In this document: positions 34,501-48,200 of the stretch, one piece after another
Layout of the letters: the number at the start of each line of letters is the position of its first letter
How positions within the stretch are numbered: the stretch's first letter is position 1
NCBI GenBank assembly: GCA_947450545.1
Contig: CANFVU010000002.1
Location: forward strand, 15,266 to 79,265
Length of the DNA: 64,000 bases
From: Actinomycetota bacterium
Lineage (GTDB): Bacteria > Actinomycetota > Actinomycetes > Nanopelagicales > Nanopelagicaceae
Reading direction: 5' to 3'
Notes under the pieces: generated by a model
The model's database searches: none
Seen by the model: the letters and a program-made list of their open reading frames with translations, nothing else
Told to the model about the DNA's origin: nothing
Position numbers and translations under genes: made by a program

Positions 34501-34631
34501 AGGAGATGAGTAACCAATATGAGGGTGTTGTGATTTCCATTGTCCACAAGAGAAAGAGATTTTCAACGATTGGTGAAAAATCATCCCTTGGGAGGAAGCC
34601 ACAAGGTAGGGCCGAACTTAAAACTGCGCTC

Positions 34632-35180
34632 ATGAGCGATGAAATAACTATCAAACCCCTAATCCTGCGTCCTGTCTCCTTTGAGCGGGGAAGTGAAAAT
34701 CAAAGACGATTCCATAAAGGGTGGCACGAACCGCTATTAGATCTCTACTCCAGACCCGTGACTTTCCCACCAAAAACACCTGAGATCCCAAAGCTCTACC
34801 TTGTGCCCACTCCAGATTTTCTGGAAGGCGAAGAAGGTGACCCTGATGCAGTTCGAAAAGCTACGCCTTTAACGGAGTTACCCAAACTAGATGAGTGGGT
34901 CGGTAAGTATTTGGTGAGCGTTGTAGAAATATATGGAGGCAAGCGGCCATTACATCAAGTTGCACGTTGGACCCATCGGTTGATTTACCAGCAATTAGCA
35001 GTAGCTGTCGGAAGTTGGAAAGTTCTCCCCAAAATCAGAAAGATGTATATCTCAGAACCTCTTGAAGGAATTGCAGAAGTATCTGTCACACTACGATTTG
35101 ATCAGCGCGTGCGCTCGTTGGTTATGCGTTTTGAAGGCGTTGACCATCGATGGTTGTGCACAAAGCTTGAACTAATTTAA
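34632..35180 (+). CDS. Rv3235-family conserved actinobacterial protein
   Basis: The C-terminal pattern is VVEIYGGKRPLHQVARWTHRLIYQQL ... AEVSVTLRFDQRVRSLVMRFEGVDHRWLCTKLEL. It lies adjacent to and convergent with secA. I prefer the internal ATG at 34632, which avoids overlapping the divergent gene. Confidence 0.6.
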   Translation: MSDEITIKPLILRPVSFERGSENQRRFHKGWHEPLLDLYSRPVTFPPKTPEIPKLYLVPTPDFLEGEEGDPDAVRKATPLTELPKLDEWVGKYLVSVVEIYGGKRPLHQVARWTHRLIYQQLAVAVGSWKVLPKIRKMYISEPLEGIAEVSVTLRFDQRVRSLVMRFEGVDHRWLCTKLELI

Positions 35181-35183
35181 GAG

Positions 35184-37850
35184 TTAAGCAGCTCCGTGGC
35201 ATCGCTTGTACTTGCGGCCTGAACCACATGGACAAGGTGCGTTACGCGATGTTCCACCTGATTCAACTGCGCTTCCATCTACATCAGCTGCGGTGTAGCG
35301 AAGTTGTTGTTCTTGCTTAGGTGGAGTTGCTAAACCTTTAGCTTCAATTTCATCGTTTTGAATATTCACTTCGACGTGGAAGAGGAAACCAATCATCTCT
35401 TCTGCAATCGAATCCATCATCGCAGCGAATAAGTCATAACCTTCGCGTTGGTACTCAACAAGTGGGTCACGTTGAGCCATCGCACGAAGACCAATACCTT
35501 CTTGCAAGTAATCCATTTCGTAAAGATGCTCGCGCCATTTGCGATCTAGAACTTGAAGCAAAACTTTGCGCTCAAGTTCGCGCATCACTTCACTTGTGAG
35601 AGACTCTTCACGAGCAACATATGCTGCTTGTGCATCTGCAATAACACGACTGAGTAGGAAGTCATGGTCAAGGCCAGCTTTTCCATTCACTTCAGCGACA
35701 AGCTGATCGAATGTGAAAGAGATTGGGTAGAGCGATTTAAGCGCTGTATAGAGGGTGTCGAGATCCCAATCCTCTGCATAGCCTTCACTTGTTGCACCAG
35801 CAACATAAGCGCTGACAGTCTCAACGAGGAATTCTTGGACTTGATCCTTAATGTCGCGTCCTTCAAGGACTTCGCGGCGCTCACCGTAAATGACTTCACG
35901 TTGGCGGTTCATGACGTCGTCATACTTCAAGACGTTCTTACGCATTTCAAAGTTGAGAGATTCAACTTGAGTCTGCGCTGAACGAATTGCATTTGAAACC
36001 ATTTTGGATTCGATAGGCATATCTTCAGGCAAGCCTGCAGCACCGAGGAAACGTTCAACTAAACCGGAATTAAATCGACGCATCAAATCATCTTGAAGTG
36101 AGAGATAGAAACGAGATTCACCTGGGTCACCTTGACGACCTGAGCGGCCACGGAGCTGATTATCAATACGCCGAGATTCATGTCGCTCTGTTCCAAGAAC
36201 GTAAAGTCCCCCGAGAGCCACAACTTCTTCGTGTTGCTTCTTTACAGCAGCTTTCTGTTTCTCAATTTCTGGACCCCATGCAGCTTCATACTCTGTTGGG
36301 TTGTCGACTGGACTGATGCCACGTTGTTGAATTGCAAAGTCCGCCATAAATTCTGGGTTGCCACCGAGCATGATGTCAGTTCCGCGGCCCGCCATATTTG
36401 TGGAAACAGTTACAGCGCCAAGTGTTCCCGCGCGGGCGATGATTGCCGCTTCACGTTCGTGGTGTTTAGCGTTAAGGACTTCATGAGGAATTCCGCGACG
36501 CTTGAGAAGTGCAGAAAGTTCCTCTGATTTTTCAACAGAGACGGTACCAATCAGAACTGGTTGACCCTTTTTGTGACGTTCTGCAATGTCGTTAGCGACA
36601 GCTTCGAATTTACCGAGCTCGGTCTTATAGATGTAATCAGATTGATCCACACGCTGCGAATTGCGATTTGTTGGGATTGGAATAACACCCAACTTATAAA
36701 TCTGCATGAATTCAGCGGCTTCAGTCATTGCAGTACCGGTCATGCCGCCAAGCTTGTTATAGAGGCGAAAGTAGTTCTGCAAAGTAATCGTTGCAAGAGT
36801 CTGGTTCTCATCCTTAATTTCAATGCGTTCTTTAGCTTCAAGGGCTTGGTGGAGCCCTTCAGAGTAGCGACGGCCTGCAAGAACGCGGCCTGTGTGCTCA
36901 TCAACGATGAGGAGCTCACCGTTCATCACAACATAATCTTTGTCGCGCTTGAAAAGTTCTTTCGCGCGTACGGAGTTATTGAGATAGCCAATCATCGGAG
37001 TATTTACAGCTTCGTAAAGGTTGTCGATGCCGAGAAGTTCTTCAACTTTTGTGACGCCTTCTTCGTGAATACCAATCGTGCGCTTCTTCTCATCGATTTC
37101 GTAGTGAACATCGCGAGTAAGTTTTTCAGCAATGATGGCGAATTCTTGATACCACTTGGTGGCTTTATCAGCAGGTCCACTGATGATCAAAGGCGTACGG
37201 GCTTCATCGATCAAAATTGAGTCAACTTCATCGACGATCGCAAAGTTGTGTTCGCGCTGTACGCAATCTTCAAGGCTCCACGCCATGTTGTTGCGAAGGT
37301 AATCGAAACCAAATTCATTATTTGTTCCGTACGTAATGTCAGATCCATATTGTTCGCGGCGCTCAGCAGGTGACATGTTTGAAAGAATCACGCCGACTTT
37401 AAGGCCCAGGAATCGGTGAATACGACCCATCCACTCGCTATCGCGCTCAGCTAAGTAATCGTTTGTAGTAACAATGTGAACGCCCTTGCCAGTCAAAGCA
37501 TTGAGGTAGGCAGGAAGAGTTGAGACGAGAGTCTTACCTTCACCTGTACGCATTTCTGCGATATTGCCTTTGTGAAGCGCAGCTCCACCCATCAGCTGAA
37601 CATCGTAATGTCGTTGACCAAGTGTGCGTTTTGCTGCTTCACGAACTGTTGCGAAAGCTTCAGGAAGTAAATCGTCGAGAGTTTCACCTTGTGCTAATCG
37701 CGCACGAAAGAGATCAGTTTGGGCACGTAAAGCCTCATCGGAGAGAGCAGATACTTTAGGTTCAAAGGAATTTACTTCTGCTGCGATTTTCTCAAGGGCC
37801 TTTACGGCACGACCTTCGCCCGCGCGAAGAATCTTGTCTAAAACTGACAC
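35184..37850 (-). CDS. secA: Preprotein translocase ATPase SecA
   Basis: 888 aa. MRTGEGKTL (Walker A), the [19 protein letters not shown] motif and the C-terminal zinc finger [14 protein letters not shown] are present. Confidence 0.97.
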   Translation of the reverse strand: MSVLDKILRAGEGRAVKALEKIAAEVNSFEPKVSALSDEALRAQTDLFRARLAQGETLDDLLPEAFATVREAAKRTLGQRHYDVQLMGGAALHKGNIAEMRTGEGKTLVSTLPAYLNALTGKGVHIVTTNDYLAERDSEWMGRIHRFLGLKVGVILSNMSPAERREQYGSDITYGTNNEFGFDYLRNNMAWSLEDCVQREHNFAIVDEVDSILIDEARTPLIISGPADKATKWYQEFAIIAEKLTRDVHYEIDEKKRTIGIHEEGVTKVEELLGIDNLYEAVNTPMIGYLNNSVRAKELFKRDKDYVVMNGELLIVDEHTGRVLAGRRYSEGLHQALEAKERIEIKDENQTLATITLQNYFRLYNKLGGMTGTAMTEAAEFMQIYKLGVIPIPTNRNSQRVDQSDYIYKTELGKFEAVANDIAERHKKGQPVLIGTVSVEKSEELSALLKRRGIPHEVLNAKHHEREAAIIARAGTLGAVTVSTNMAGRGTDIMLGGNPEFMADFAIQQRGISPVDNPTEYEAAWGPEIEKQKAAVKKQHEEVVALGGLYVLGTERHESRRIDNQLRGRSGRQGDPGESRFYLSLQDDLMRRFNSGLVERFLGAAGLPEDMPIESKMVSNAIRSAQTQVESLNFEMRKNVLKYDDVMNRQREVIYGERREVLEGRDIKDQVQEFLVETVSAYVAGATSEGYAEDWDLDTLYTALKSLYPISFTFDQLVAEVNGKAGLDHDFLLSRVIADAQAAYVAREESLTSEVMRELERKVLLQVLDRKWREHLYEMDYLQEGIGLRAMAQRDPLVEYQREGYDLFAAMMDSIAEEMIGFLFHVEVNIQNDEIEAKGLATPPKQEQQLRYTAADVDGSAVESGGTSRNAPCPCGSGRKYKRCHGAA

Positions 37851-37890
37851 TGGTCCTCTTTCTTCATTTCACTCATCAACCGATTCAAAG

Positions 37891-38523
37891 TTAGGTGCTA
37901 ATCGTATTGGGTAAGTGGTGGGTGGCTATACAGGCTGAAATTGCCGCTTTTGGGGCTATTTCCGCTCCTCGGAGTACTCGGAGGGCCTCCCTCAAGGAAG
38001 CACCTGTGGTTACTAGGTCATCGATGAGAACAATCTTTTGTGATGGTGCATTCCCGATTATCTGTTGAGATAACGCATAAGACCCTGAGAGATTTGTGAA
38101 ACGTTGGGCATGGGATAACGCTGTCTGATCTTTCACTCGCCTTGTCACATATAAGCCGTTCCATACTGTGCTTTCACATAATCGCGCTACTTCGCGGGCA
38201 AGCAAAAGCGCGTGGTCGTATCCCCTGCGACGGTTCGAACTTTTGCTCGACGGGATTGGAATGACTATCGATTCATTCTCGATAAAGGTGGCAATGGAGT
38301 TCGCCAATACTCGCCTTGCACGTGAATCATTATTCTCCTTTGCTCGAAGGACGATATGCGAAATAGAGCGCGAATAATACGCCGATGAGACCAAGGGAAT
38401 ATTTTCGATTCGATTATGAATTGGCCGTGACCATTCTCGCGAACATTGCTTGCATAGAAGTCCTGAAGAACCCGAGCATCCAACACATCGTTCAGGATAT
38501 AAGAGTTGAAGAATTTCTCCCAT
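37891..38523 (-). CDS. ComF-family phosphoribosyltransferase-domain protein
   Basis: 210 aa. The N-terminus has a CxxC...CxxC motif (CVGCSG...CKQC). The PRTase loop is VLIDDLVTTGASL. Confidence 0.8.
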   Translation of the reverse strand: MGEILQLLYPERCVGCSGSSGLLCKQCSREWSRPIHNRIENIPLVSSAYYSRSISHIVLRAKENNDSRARRVLANSIATFIENESIVIPIPSSKSSNRRRGYDHALLLAREVARLCESTVWNGLYVTRRVKDQTALSHAQRFTNLSGSYALSQQIIGNAPSQKIVLIDDLVTTGASLREALRVLRGAEIAPKAAISACIATHHLPNTIST

Positions 38524-38541
38524 GAGGAGATTTTGAATTAT

Positions 38542-40110
38542 TTAAATATCTTCCGGATCTAATTCAAAGAGTGCTGTGGAAGGAGCATCTGTCGGGATAA
38601 CATCAATTGGCTCAGAACTAATTGGAATCCCTGGAGATTTCGGAAGAGTCAAGACAAAATGAGCGCCTTGATTAGGGCGACCCCAAGCTTTCAAAGTTCC
38701 TTCGTGAAGCTGTGCATCTTCGAGTGCAATCGCAAGGCCGAGTCCAGTTCCACCACGGAGACGCGAGCGCGAAGGATCTGCGCGCCAGAATCGGTCAAAG
38801 AGACGTTCACCTTCTCTCTCACTAAACCCAATTCCATAATCTCTGACGGCGACAGATACTTCACGATCGCTTTGTGCCACGCGAACGAGAACACCTTTTC
38901 CTTCGCTGTGGTCAATTGCATTGGCGATGAGATTTCGCAGAATTCTTTCAATTCGACGTGGGTCCACTTGAGCATTTACAGGCTCTTCGGGTGCTTCTAT
39001 GCGTAAATCTCCTGGTGCATGAAGCTGATCAGAAACTTGGCGCACAAGGTTGGTGATATTCACTTCTTGAGTTTCAAGGATCGCCGCACGAGCATCAAAA
39101 CGGCTCACTTCGAGCAAATCGGTGAGCAAAGTTTCAAATCGTTCAATCTGCGCAATAAGAAGTTCTGCGCTTCTAGACGATGCTGGATCGAGGTTATGAC
39201 GCGCATCAAATAAGACTTGGGATGCCATGCGAATTGTGGTGAGAGGCGTTCGAAGCTCATGGGACACATCGGATACGAAACGTTGTTGAAGTCTTGAAAG
39301 ATTTTCAAGTCGCGAAATCTGTTGTTGCAGTGAAACGGCCATCTCATTAAAGGCGATGGCTAAACGACCGAGTTCATCTTCACCGCGCACTGCAAGGCGT
39401 CGCCCTAAGTCTCCAGCAGTCAGCTCTTCGGCAATTTCAGCAGCTTCGCGGACTGGACGCACGATGCGACCGGTTACGTACCAAGTGATGAGAGCAATAA
39501 GGAAAATTAATACGGCACCAGAAATCCAGAGAAGTACATCGATCAAACTAATAAGTTGTTGTTGCTGAGTGAGAGGAAAGAGATAATAAATTTCATAATC
39601 TTGGTTGCTTGGAATAGTGATGACAGAGCCAACAGCGATTCCCTTGACTTGGATACCCGTCAAATATTTGATGGTGACATATTCGGATTGAACCGAGAAA
39701 TGTTTGCGTACTTTAGCCCGAAAATCTGAATCGATCATTGAAAAATCTAAAAAGTTAGAGCTGCCTTGATATTTATTAGAAACTTTTGATGTCTTCGGGG
39801 TAGGGAGCAAAATGACTTCGCGTTGGATGATATTTGGATTGGTATCTCCCACTCGCAAAATATTGTCGAGAACAGTTTTCAATTTAATATCTGTTCGATA
39901 CGTGGTTGCATCAAGCTGTCCTTGAGAAAAGTTAACAAGTGAGTCAGTTTCAGAAAGTGAGGCAGTGAGCTTCTCTCGGTAAACGCCGCTGGTGATTTGC
40001 GTTGAAAGGAGAGTTCCAACGACCAAGATGAGAAGGGTTGATAAGGCAATTGTGAGCGCTGAAACGCGCACAAGAATGGAACGTCGCCAGCTACGAAGTA
40101 GCTTGGTCAT
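38542..40110 (-). CDS. mtrB: Sensor histidine kinase MtrB
   Basis: 522 aa. It has two TM segments, a HAMP domain, the H-box FVSDVSHELRTPLTT, and the N/G boxes RNLIANAIDH and GGTGLGLAIA. It lies directly downstream of mtrA. Confidence 0.88.
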   Translation of the reverse strand: MTKLLRSWRRSILVRVSALTIALSTLLILVVGTLLSTQITSGVYREKLTASLSETDSLVNFSQGQLDATTYRTDIKLKTVLDNILRVGDTNPNIIQREVILLPTPKTSKVSNKYQGSSNFLDFSMIDSDFRAKVRKHFSVQSEYVTIKYLTGIQVKGIAVGSVITIPSNQDYEIYYLFPLTQQQQLISLIDVLLWISGAVLIFLIALITWYVTGRIVRPVREAAEIAEELTAGDLGRRLAVRGEDELGRLAIAFNEMAVSLQQQISRLENLSRLQQRFVSDVSHELRTPLTTIRMASQVLFDARHNLDPASSRSAELLIAQIERFETLLTDLLEVSRFDARAAILETQEVNITNLVRQVSDQLHAPGDLRIEAPEEPVNAQVDPRRIERILRNLIANAIDHSEGKGVLVRVAQSDREVSVAVRDYGIGFSEREGERLFDRFWRADPSRSRLRGGTGLGLAIALEDAQLHEGTLKAWGRPNQGAHFVLTLPKSPGIPISSEPIDVIPTDAPSTALFELDPEDI

Positions 40111-40113
40111 TTT

Positions 40114-40790
40114 TCACCCTACAGATCCAGCTTTGTAGCCGACTCCGCGCACAGTCAAAATAAGTTCTGGGTTATCGGCATCTCGCTCAATTTTCGAGCG
40201 CAAACGTTGGATATGAACATTGACCAAACGAGTATCCGTCGCGTGCTGGTATCCCCACACTTCACTGAGCAGTGCTTCGCGGGTAAAGACTCGTCCTGGT
40301 TCTTTTGCAAGAGCAACGAGAAGGTCAAATTCAAGACGTGTGAGAGGAATAGATTTTCCGTCGCGAGCAATCGTGTGAGCGACTTGATCGATTGCAAGAT
40401 CACCGATACGAAGTGAAGTAACTGGCTCCACCGCGGTGCGACGCAAACGGACTTTAAGACGGGCAACAAGTTCAGAAGGATTAAATGGTTTGACCATGTA
40501 ATCATCAGCGCCAGCTTCTAAGCCGAGCACGACATCTTGGGTATCGCCTTTTGCTGTGAGCATGACAATCGGAACCATAGATTCTTGACGAATACGTCGA
40601 CAGACTTCAATGCCATCAATTCCTGGCAACATCACATCGAGAAGAACTAAATCTGGGGTGTTGGCGCGAAAGATTTCCATCACGCCATCACCATTGTTTA
40701 CTAAATCAACTTCAAAACCAGAGCCGTTGAGAACAATTCCCAACATCTCTGCTAAATCTTGGTCGTCATCGACGACCATAATGAGTGGCA

Positions 40791-40791
<1 letters not shown>
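40114..40791 (-). CDS. mtrA: OmpR-family response regulator MtrA
   Basis: The sequence IMVVDDDQDLAEML ... LLDVMLPGIDGIEVCRRIRQESMVPIVMLTAKGDTQDVVLGLEAGADDYMVKPF closely matches MtrA. I prefer the start MPLIMVV (40791), which overlaps the ahcY stop by 1 nt. Confidence 0.9.
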
Positions 40792-43486
<2,695 letters not shown>

Positions 43487-43527
43487 ATTCCTAACCTACA
43501 GGGTGAGTTAGTGAGTTACTAGCCAGA

Positions 43528-43905
43528 TTAATTAGAAGGAAGCGCGCGTAAGTGACCGCGACGACCAATCTCTTGTGTTGTTTCGTGATTTTCTACTGGT
43601 TGTTGGGAGTATGACTGGGCAACTTCGCGAACAGCGTCAGCGATTGCCATCAAATCATCGTCAGTGGGACCTGCACTCTCGCCTTCAGGTTCGTTCTTAA
43701 TAACGTTCCAACCATTGGGAACTGTCAACGTCAAACTATGTTGAAGACACAAGTCGTACGAATGTGGTTCTGCAAAAGTTGCAAGCGGACCAAGGACGGC
43801 TGTGGAATCAGCATAAATATATGTGAGTGTTTTGCTGGCAGATGATCGACAACTTGCACGTGAGCATGTTCGCCCTGTGCGTTGAAGATTTCTTGCGCTA
43901 CTCAT
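43528..43905 (-). CDS. DUF3499-family protein
   Basis: 125 aa. CSRASCRSSASKTLTYIYADSTAVLGPL ... YDLCLQHSLTLTVPNGW is the conserved actinobacterial pattern next to manB. Confidence 0.75.
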   Translation of the reverse strand: MSSARNLQRTGRTCSRASCRSSASKTLTYIYADSTAVLGPLATFAEPHSYDLCLQHSLTLTVPNGWNVIKNEPEGESAGPTDDDLMAIADAVREVAQSYSQQPVENHETTQEIGRRGHLRALPSN

Positions 43906-43945
43906 AATGAGAGATTAGCGCGCCTTACCTGAAAAGTTGTGCATT

Positions 43946-45280
43946 TCAGCGAGAGAGTGTGTGAACGTCCACCAGTGGCAAGGTGGACTTTTCAAGTGCA
44001 GCGCCAGCTGAAAGTGGAAGATAAGCAATACGACCCGATGAAGTGCGCAGGATTACTCCGGCGTACACAGGCTTCTTCACATCCGCCGTGAAAGTGACGC
44101 TCTTGATCCCGCCTTTTCCTGGGCTCCAAAACGCTATATCGCTTCCTGTTACGCGTGTACGTAGTTTCTTGCCATTGAGATTTTTCCATGTAATTCCAAC
44201 GTTGATATCGGTACCCGTGAAGACTAACTGCGGGGATAAACCGGTGAAGTTAAGCGCAACTGTATTAAGTGGAGCGACAGGAGTAGCCCAAGCGAAATCT
44301 CCTCCCGTAAGACGAGTCAGAGCTGAAGCAACCACAGGTTGGTCAGAATCGATGATGATCGACATTGGAGTCGTCGATGTCAGATCAGCGAGTGGAATAT
44401 CTAAAACTTTTCCATGTGGAACGGTTCGACCATCAAATCCCAGCGGAGTAAACGCTCCGTCTCCCGAGTTAATAGTGAGCTTTACATTTGCATCAAGATT
44501 GCCAGGAACCAAAATTCGCAGAGTGGACGATACATTTCCATTTGATGATCGCATCAAAGTAGGAATTACTAACTTCCTTTGAGGTTCGGCTTGAGAGTTA
44601 ACAAAATCTGAACCTAAAGCTGCAAGACCTTTACGGCGTTGATCAAAGAGGAAACTCGTCACACGTCCTGATCGAGTTACTACGTGAAGGACTACTGAAT
44701 CTTCTCCGGGAACAAGTGCATCGAGAAATACGGTTCGGTCTGAATTTGCTTTAACAGTCACTGTGACTTTTGGGATGACCGTCTTCGATGAATAACCCGT
44801 AATCTCAACAACTGCTGGACTTAGACCGCTATTGATAATGTCGAGCTGCGCTTTGCTCGTTAATCCACCCGAACCGCCAACAAACCATTGATCTGGGCTA
44901 CCTGAATCGCAGATAACAGAACCCAATCCATTTGCAGAAGTATTGATTGCAAAGGACGTTCCTGGATTGCTATCGATGAGCAGAGCGCTGGAGAGAATGT
45001 TTTCCGTTGAGCCCTGAGAGTTGTAAAACTTCAGTGATTTCTTTGCAACGTGACGAACCGCTGTTTTGCTCTTGGGTAGAAAGGCAGTGCTTGTGCCATC
45101 TCCCAGCTTTGCAGGACACGTTGTTGCAGGGAAGGCGCTCTGAGATTTACCAAAATTTTGGGCAGCTGGAGCTGCATATGAAATGGCTAAAGCCACTAGC
45201 AAAATTGCGGTGATAGCAAGGATTCGCTCATCGATTTGATTACTTGAATTATGAATGAAATTACGGAGGCGGCTAATCAT
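43946..45280 (-). CDS. Membrane-anchored extracytoplasmic protein (DUF5719-like) coupled to the large glycosyltransferase
   Basis: 444 aa. It has an N-terminal TM (ILAITAILLVALAISYA) followed by beta-rich repeats. Its start overlaps the stop of the GT2 gene at 45280. Confidence 0.5.
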   Translation of the reverse strand: MISRLRNFIHNSSNQIDERILAITAILLVALAISYAAPAAQNFGKSQSAFPATTCPAKLGDGTSTAFLPKSKTAVRHVAKKSLKFYNSQGSTENILSSALLIDSNPGTSFAINTSANGLGSVICDSGSPDQWFVGGSGGLTSKAQLDIINSGLSPAVVEITGYSSKTVIPKVTVTVKANSDRTVFLDALVPGEDSVVLHVVTRSGRVTSFLFDQRRKGLAALGSDFVNSQAEPQRKLVIPTLMRSSNGNVSSTLRILVPGNLDANVKLTINSGDGAFTPLGFDGRTVPHGKVLDIPLADLTSTTPMSIIIDSDQPVVASALTRLTGGDFAWATPVAPLNTVALNFTGLSPQLVFTGTDINVGITWKNLNGKKLRTRVTGSDIAFWSPGKGGIKSVTFTADVKKPVYAGVILRTSSGRIAYLPLSAGAALEKSTLPLVDVHTLSR

Positions 45281-48200
45281 TACACCAACTCCTCTAACGG
45301 AACTTCGCGCTTACGGCGACCGGCAGGCAGAGAGAGAACAATCACTGCAAGCAAAACTATTAACTGAAGAGAGATTAAAGAACGATGCAGTGTTCCATCA
45401 TGAAGTACGGTCACATGTCCACTATGAGAAATTGTAAATACTGGTAAACCATTAGCTGCATGTTGGAGTGGGACACGTTGTCCATCCAATAACAACCTCC
45501 AGTTTTGGTCATACTTTTCTGCAACCACAATCATTCCCGGTTTAGCAACGTCACCTTCAGCGCTGATATCAGTCGATGGAATAACTTGGCTCGTTCCATC
45601 TTGCCCAACGAAGAGAACTCGAGGAGATGCGCCGACAACTTTCCAAACGATTCCATTAGATGTTGATGACATGCGGTTGAATCCACCGCTACCGTCAATT
45701 GTTCGAATCAAACTTTCATTGTCGATTGACTTCAAAAAGAGATATTGAATTCCAAATTGTCCAAGGATTCGCGCTGATGCAATTCCGGCACCAGATACTA
45801 GATCGTTCATCGTTAAGACAATTTCACGTGGTGGCGCGATGGATACATCGGCATCTCCCAAGCGAATATCACTACCTCGCGAAACTTCATACATCGTTTG
45901 ACCATTAACAACATTTATAACCATTGTCTTCGGTTTGGACGGAGTATCAGCAAGGGAGGTCACGAAAGCAGGAACGATTTGTTCTTGATTAGCTCGCACT
46001 AGAGATTGAGATCCGCCCGTCATTGCCCAGATAGGCGTACCTACAAGGGAAAAAGTAGTGACTGCTGCAATTAATGCCGTAACAGCATGGCGCTTGCCTA
46101 ATGGAATCTCGCGAAGAGTCGGGATGAAAGTTTCAGCGTAAAGAAGAACACCGGGAATCAACAGCGCTGTTGCGATTGCGATAATCGGGCCGGTCCATAT
46201 ATTTGCAGTACTTCCGTGCCCTTGAATGTTAAATGAACTGAGCGCAATTGCAGCTGCAATCACCGAGGTCGCCATCAAGCTTGCAGTTCTGAGTTCATTG
46301 ATAGCAAATGCTGCAAGAGCAAAGAGGAGAATTGGTGAAATGAGCCAAAGTGGTGGCGCGCCATTCCCACCCGGATTAGCCAAGAACTCAGACCATCTCG
46401 TTGCCGATGAAAGTGGAATCCCTGGCTCAAGGAAAAATTGTGTTGGATGGAGAACCATTGCAATAGACCACGGCGCTGTGATCAACCACGGCGTTATAAA
46501 AAGCGTGAAGCGACGTTTTACAGCTCCGGATTCAGGAGCAAAAATAAGTTTTTGGAAACCCATCTCTTGGTATTGATGGCGCAATTCGTAGAGCGCCACT
46601 CCCAAGCGATATCCCTGAAGTACTAACCATCCAGCGAGAATGATGGGATTGAATGCACAGAAGACTCCAATCAAAAGTGTGATGGCAAAAATTCGGCGCC
46701 ATGAAGCTTTCTCGTTATCCCGAGTGAAAGGCGAGACGAAGTACAACGATGGTGCAATCAAAATGATAATGATTGTGCCAAGTCGACCTTGATTAATGGA
46801 AGCCCACAACACTGGTGAGAAAGCATAAATACCTGCGCCAATCAGGGCGTAATAGCGTGTAGAGCCGAGCTTGGTAAGAACTCTAAAGAAAATATAGAAA
46901 GCTAAAATCGGGGCGAATAAAAAGAGCAGAGTGATAAAGAGTGGAAGATTGAAAAGCGTTACAGCGCTCGCAAGACCCAAGATGGGAATCCATGGAGGCA
47001 TTGTGGCTGCAGATCCAAGCCCCACTAGATGCCATGACTCTGCATACTGTCGAAGCAAATCAATTCCGCTATTCGGTGCGACTGCTAGCGCCCCACCAGA
47101 AAGAGTTCCCAGCCTGCTGCGCGCAGCTAAAACCGAAATGAGAGTCATAACAAAAAAGAGGATGAAGTGAGGCTTCTTTGCGATCAACCGCCACAGAGGC
47201 TCTTCTTTTACTTGGACAGATTCTGGATCGTCAAAGCTTTCACCGATAACACCGATATCTGAGAACGATTGCGCTCCCCCATGTGTATCTTCGCGCTTTT
47301 CGGGGCGAATGGCATTGGAAATAAATCCTGCTAGCCCTTCGCTCGCCATTCTAAATTGCGACCAACGTGGTGGGATGAATCTACGAATAATCCGAGGCGA
47401 TATAAGTCGCTTCTTCTTTCGATAGCGGCGTGCTTGGAAGATTTCTTTTGGATTTACGAGCAGAAGTCCAACTGCGGCAATTTCATCACCAGCATAGCCA
47501 GGCAACTTTGCAAGCAAATTAATAATGGCACGTGCAATGCTGGTTGTGAGAAGTTGCAAAGAAATCCATGGCAATACCCACCAGGAGGAATTAACGAGCA
47601 ACACGTATGCAGCGTTACGACGATCCAATAAAAGTGGGCGATGCAGAAAAGCTTCCGAGACATCCACTGCTCGACGTTCAGATGATGACGCTTCTGCGTG
47701 ATAAGCGACGGCGCCTGGTACCGCAATGACGGAATGGCCTGCTACATATGCGCGCCAACCTAAATCAATATCGTCGCGGAAAAGTGCAAGGTTTGTATCG
47801 AGTCCACCGAGTTCCTCATAAACACTTCGACGAATTAACGCTCCAGCTGTACTAACGGCCAACACTTCGCGCACACCATCGTGTTGACCCTGATCTTGTT
47901 CGCGACGTTCTAAACCAGTCCAGCGGGCACCATTGGATGCAATAGAGACGCCGATTTCTAATAGATGGTCGCGGTCATACCAACCACGAAGTTTTGGTCC
48001 AGCGATTGCCACTTGTGGACGATCTTCAATAGCCGAAAGCAATTCAGCAAGCGCATTGTTATCGGGTGCAACGTCATCATGGATCAACCAGATCCATTCA
48101 TTTTCATCCGCGGTTGGTGTTAATTCAAGTGCGTGCTCAACAGCATCGCCATAACCCATCTCGCGATCTTCTTCGAAGAAAGGAATTCCTGCCGATTTTA

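Noticed and set aside
34142-34654. A 170-aa minus-strand ORF overlapping the SAF-domain gene in another frame.
   Set aside because: The alternative frame yields a Ser/Phe/Trp-rich sequence without a domain pattern. The SAF-domain frame has a TM anchor and a recognisable SAF segment.
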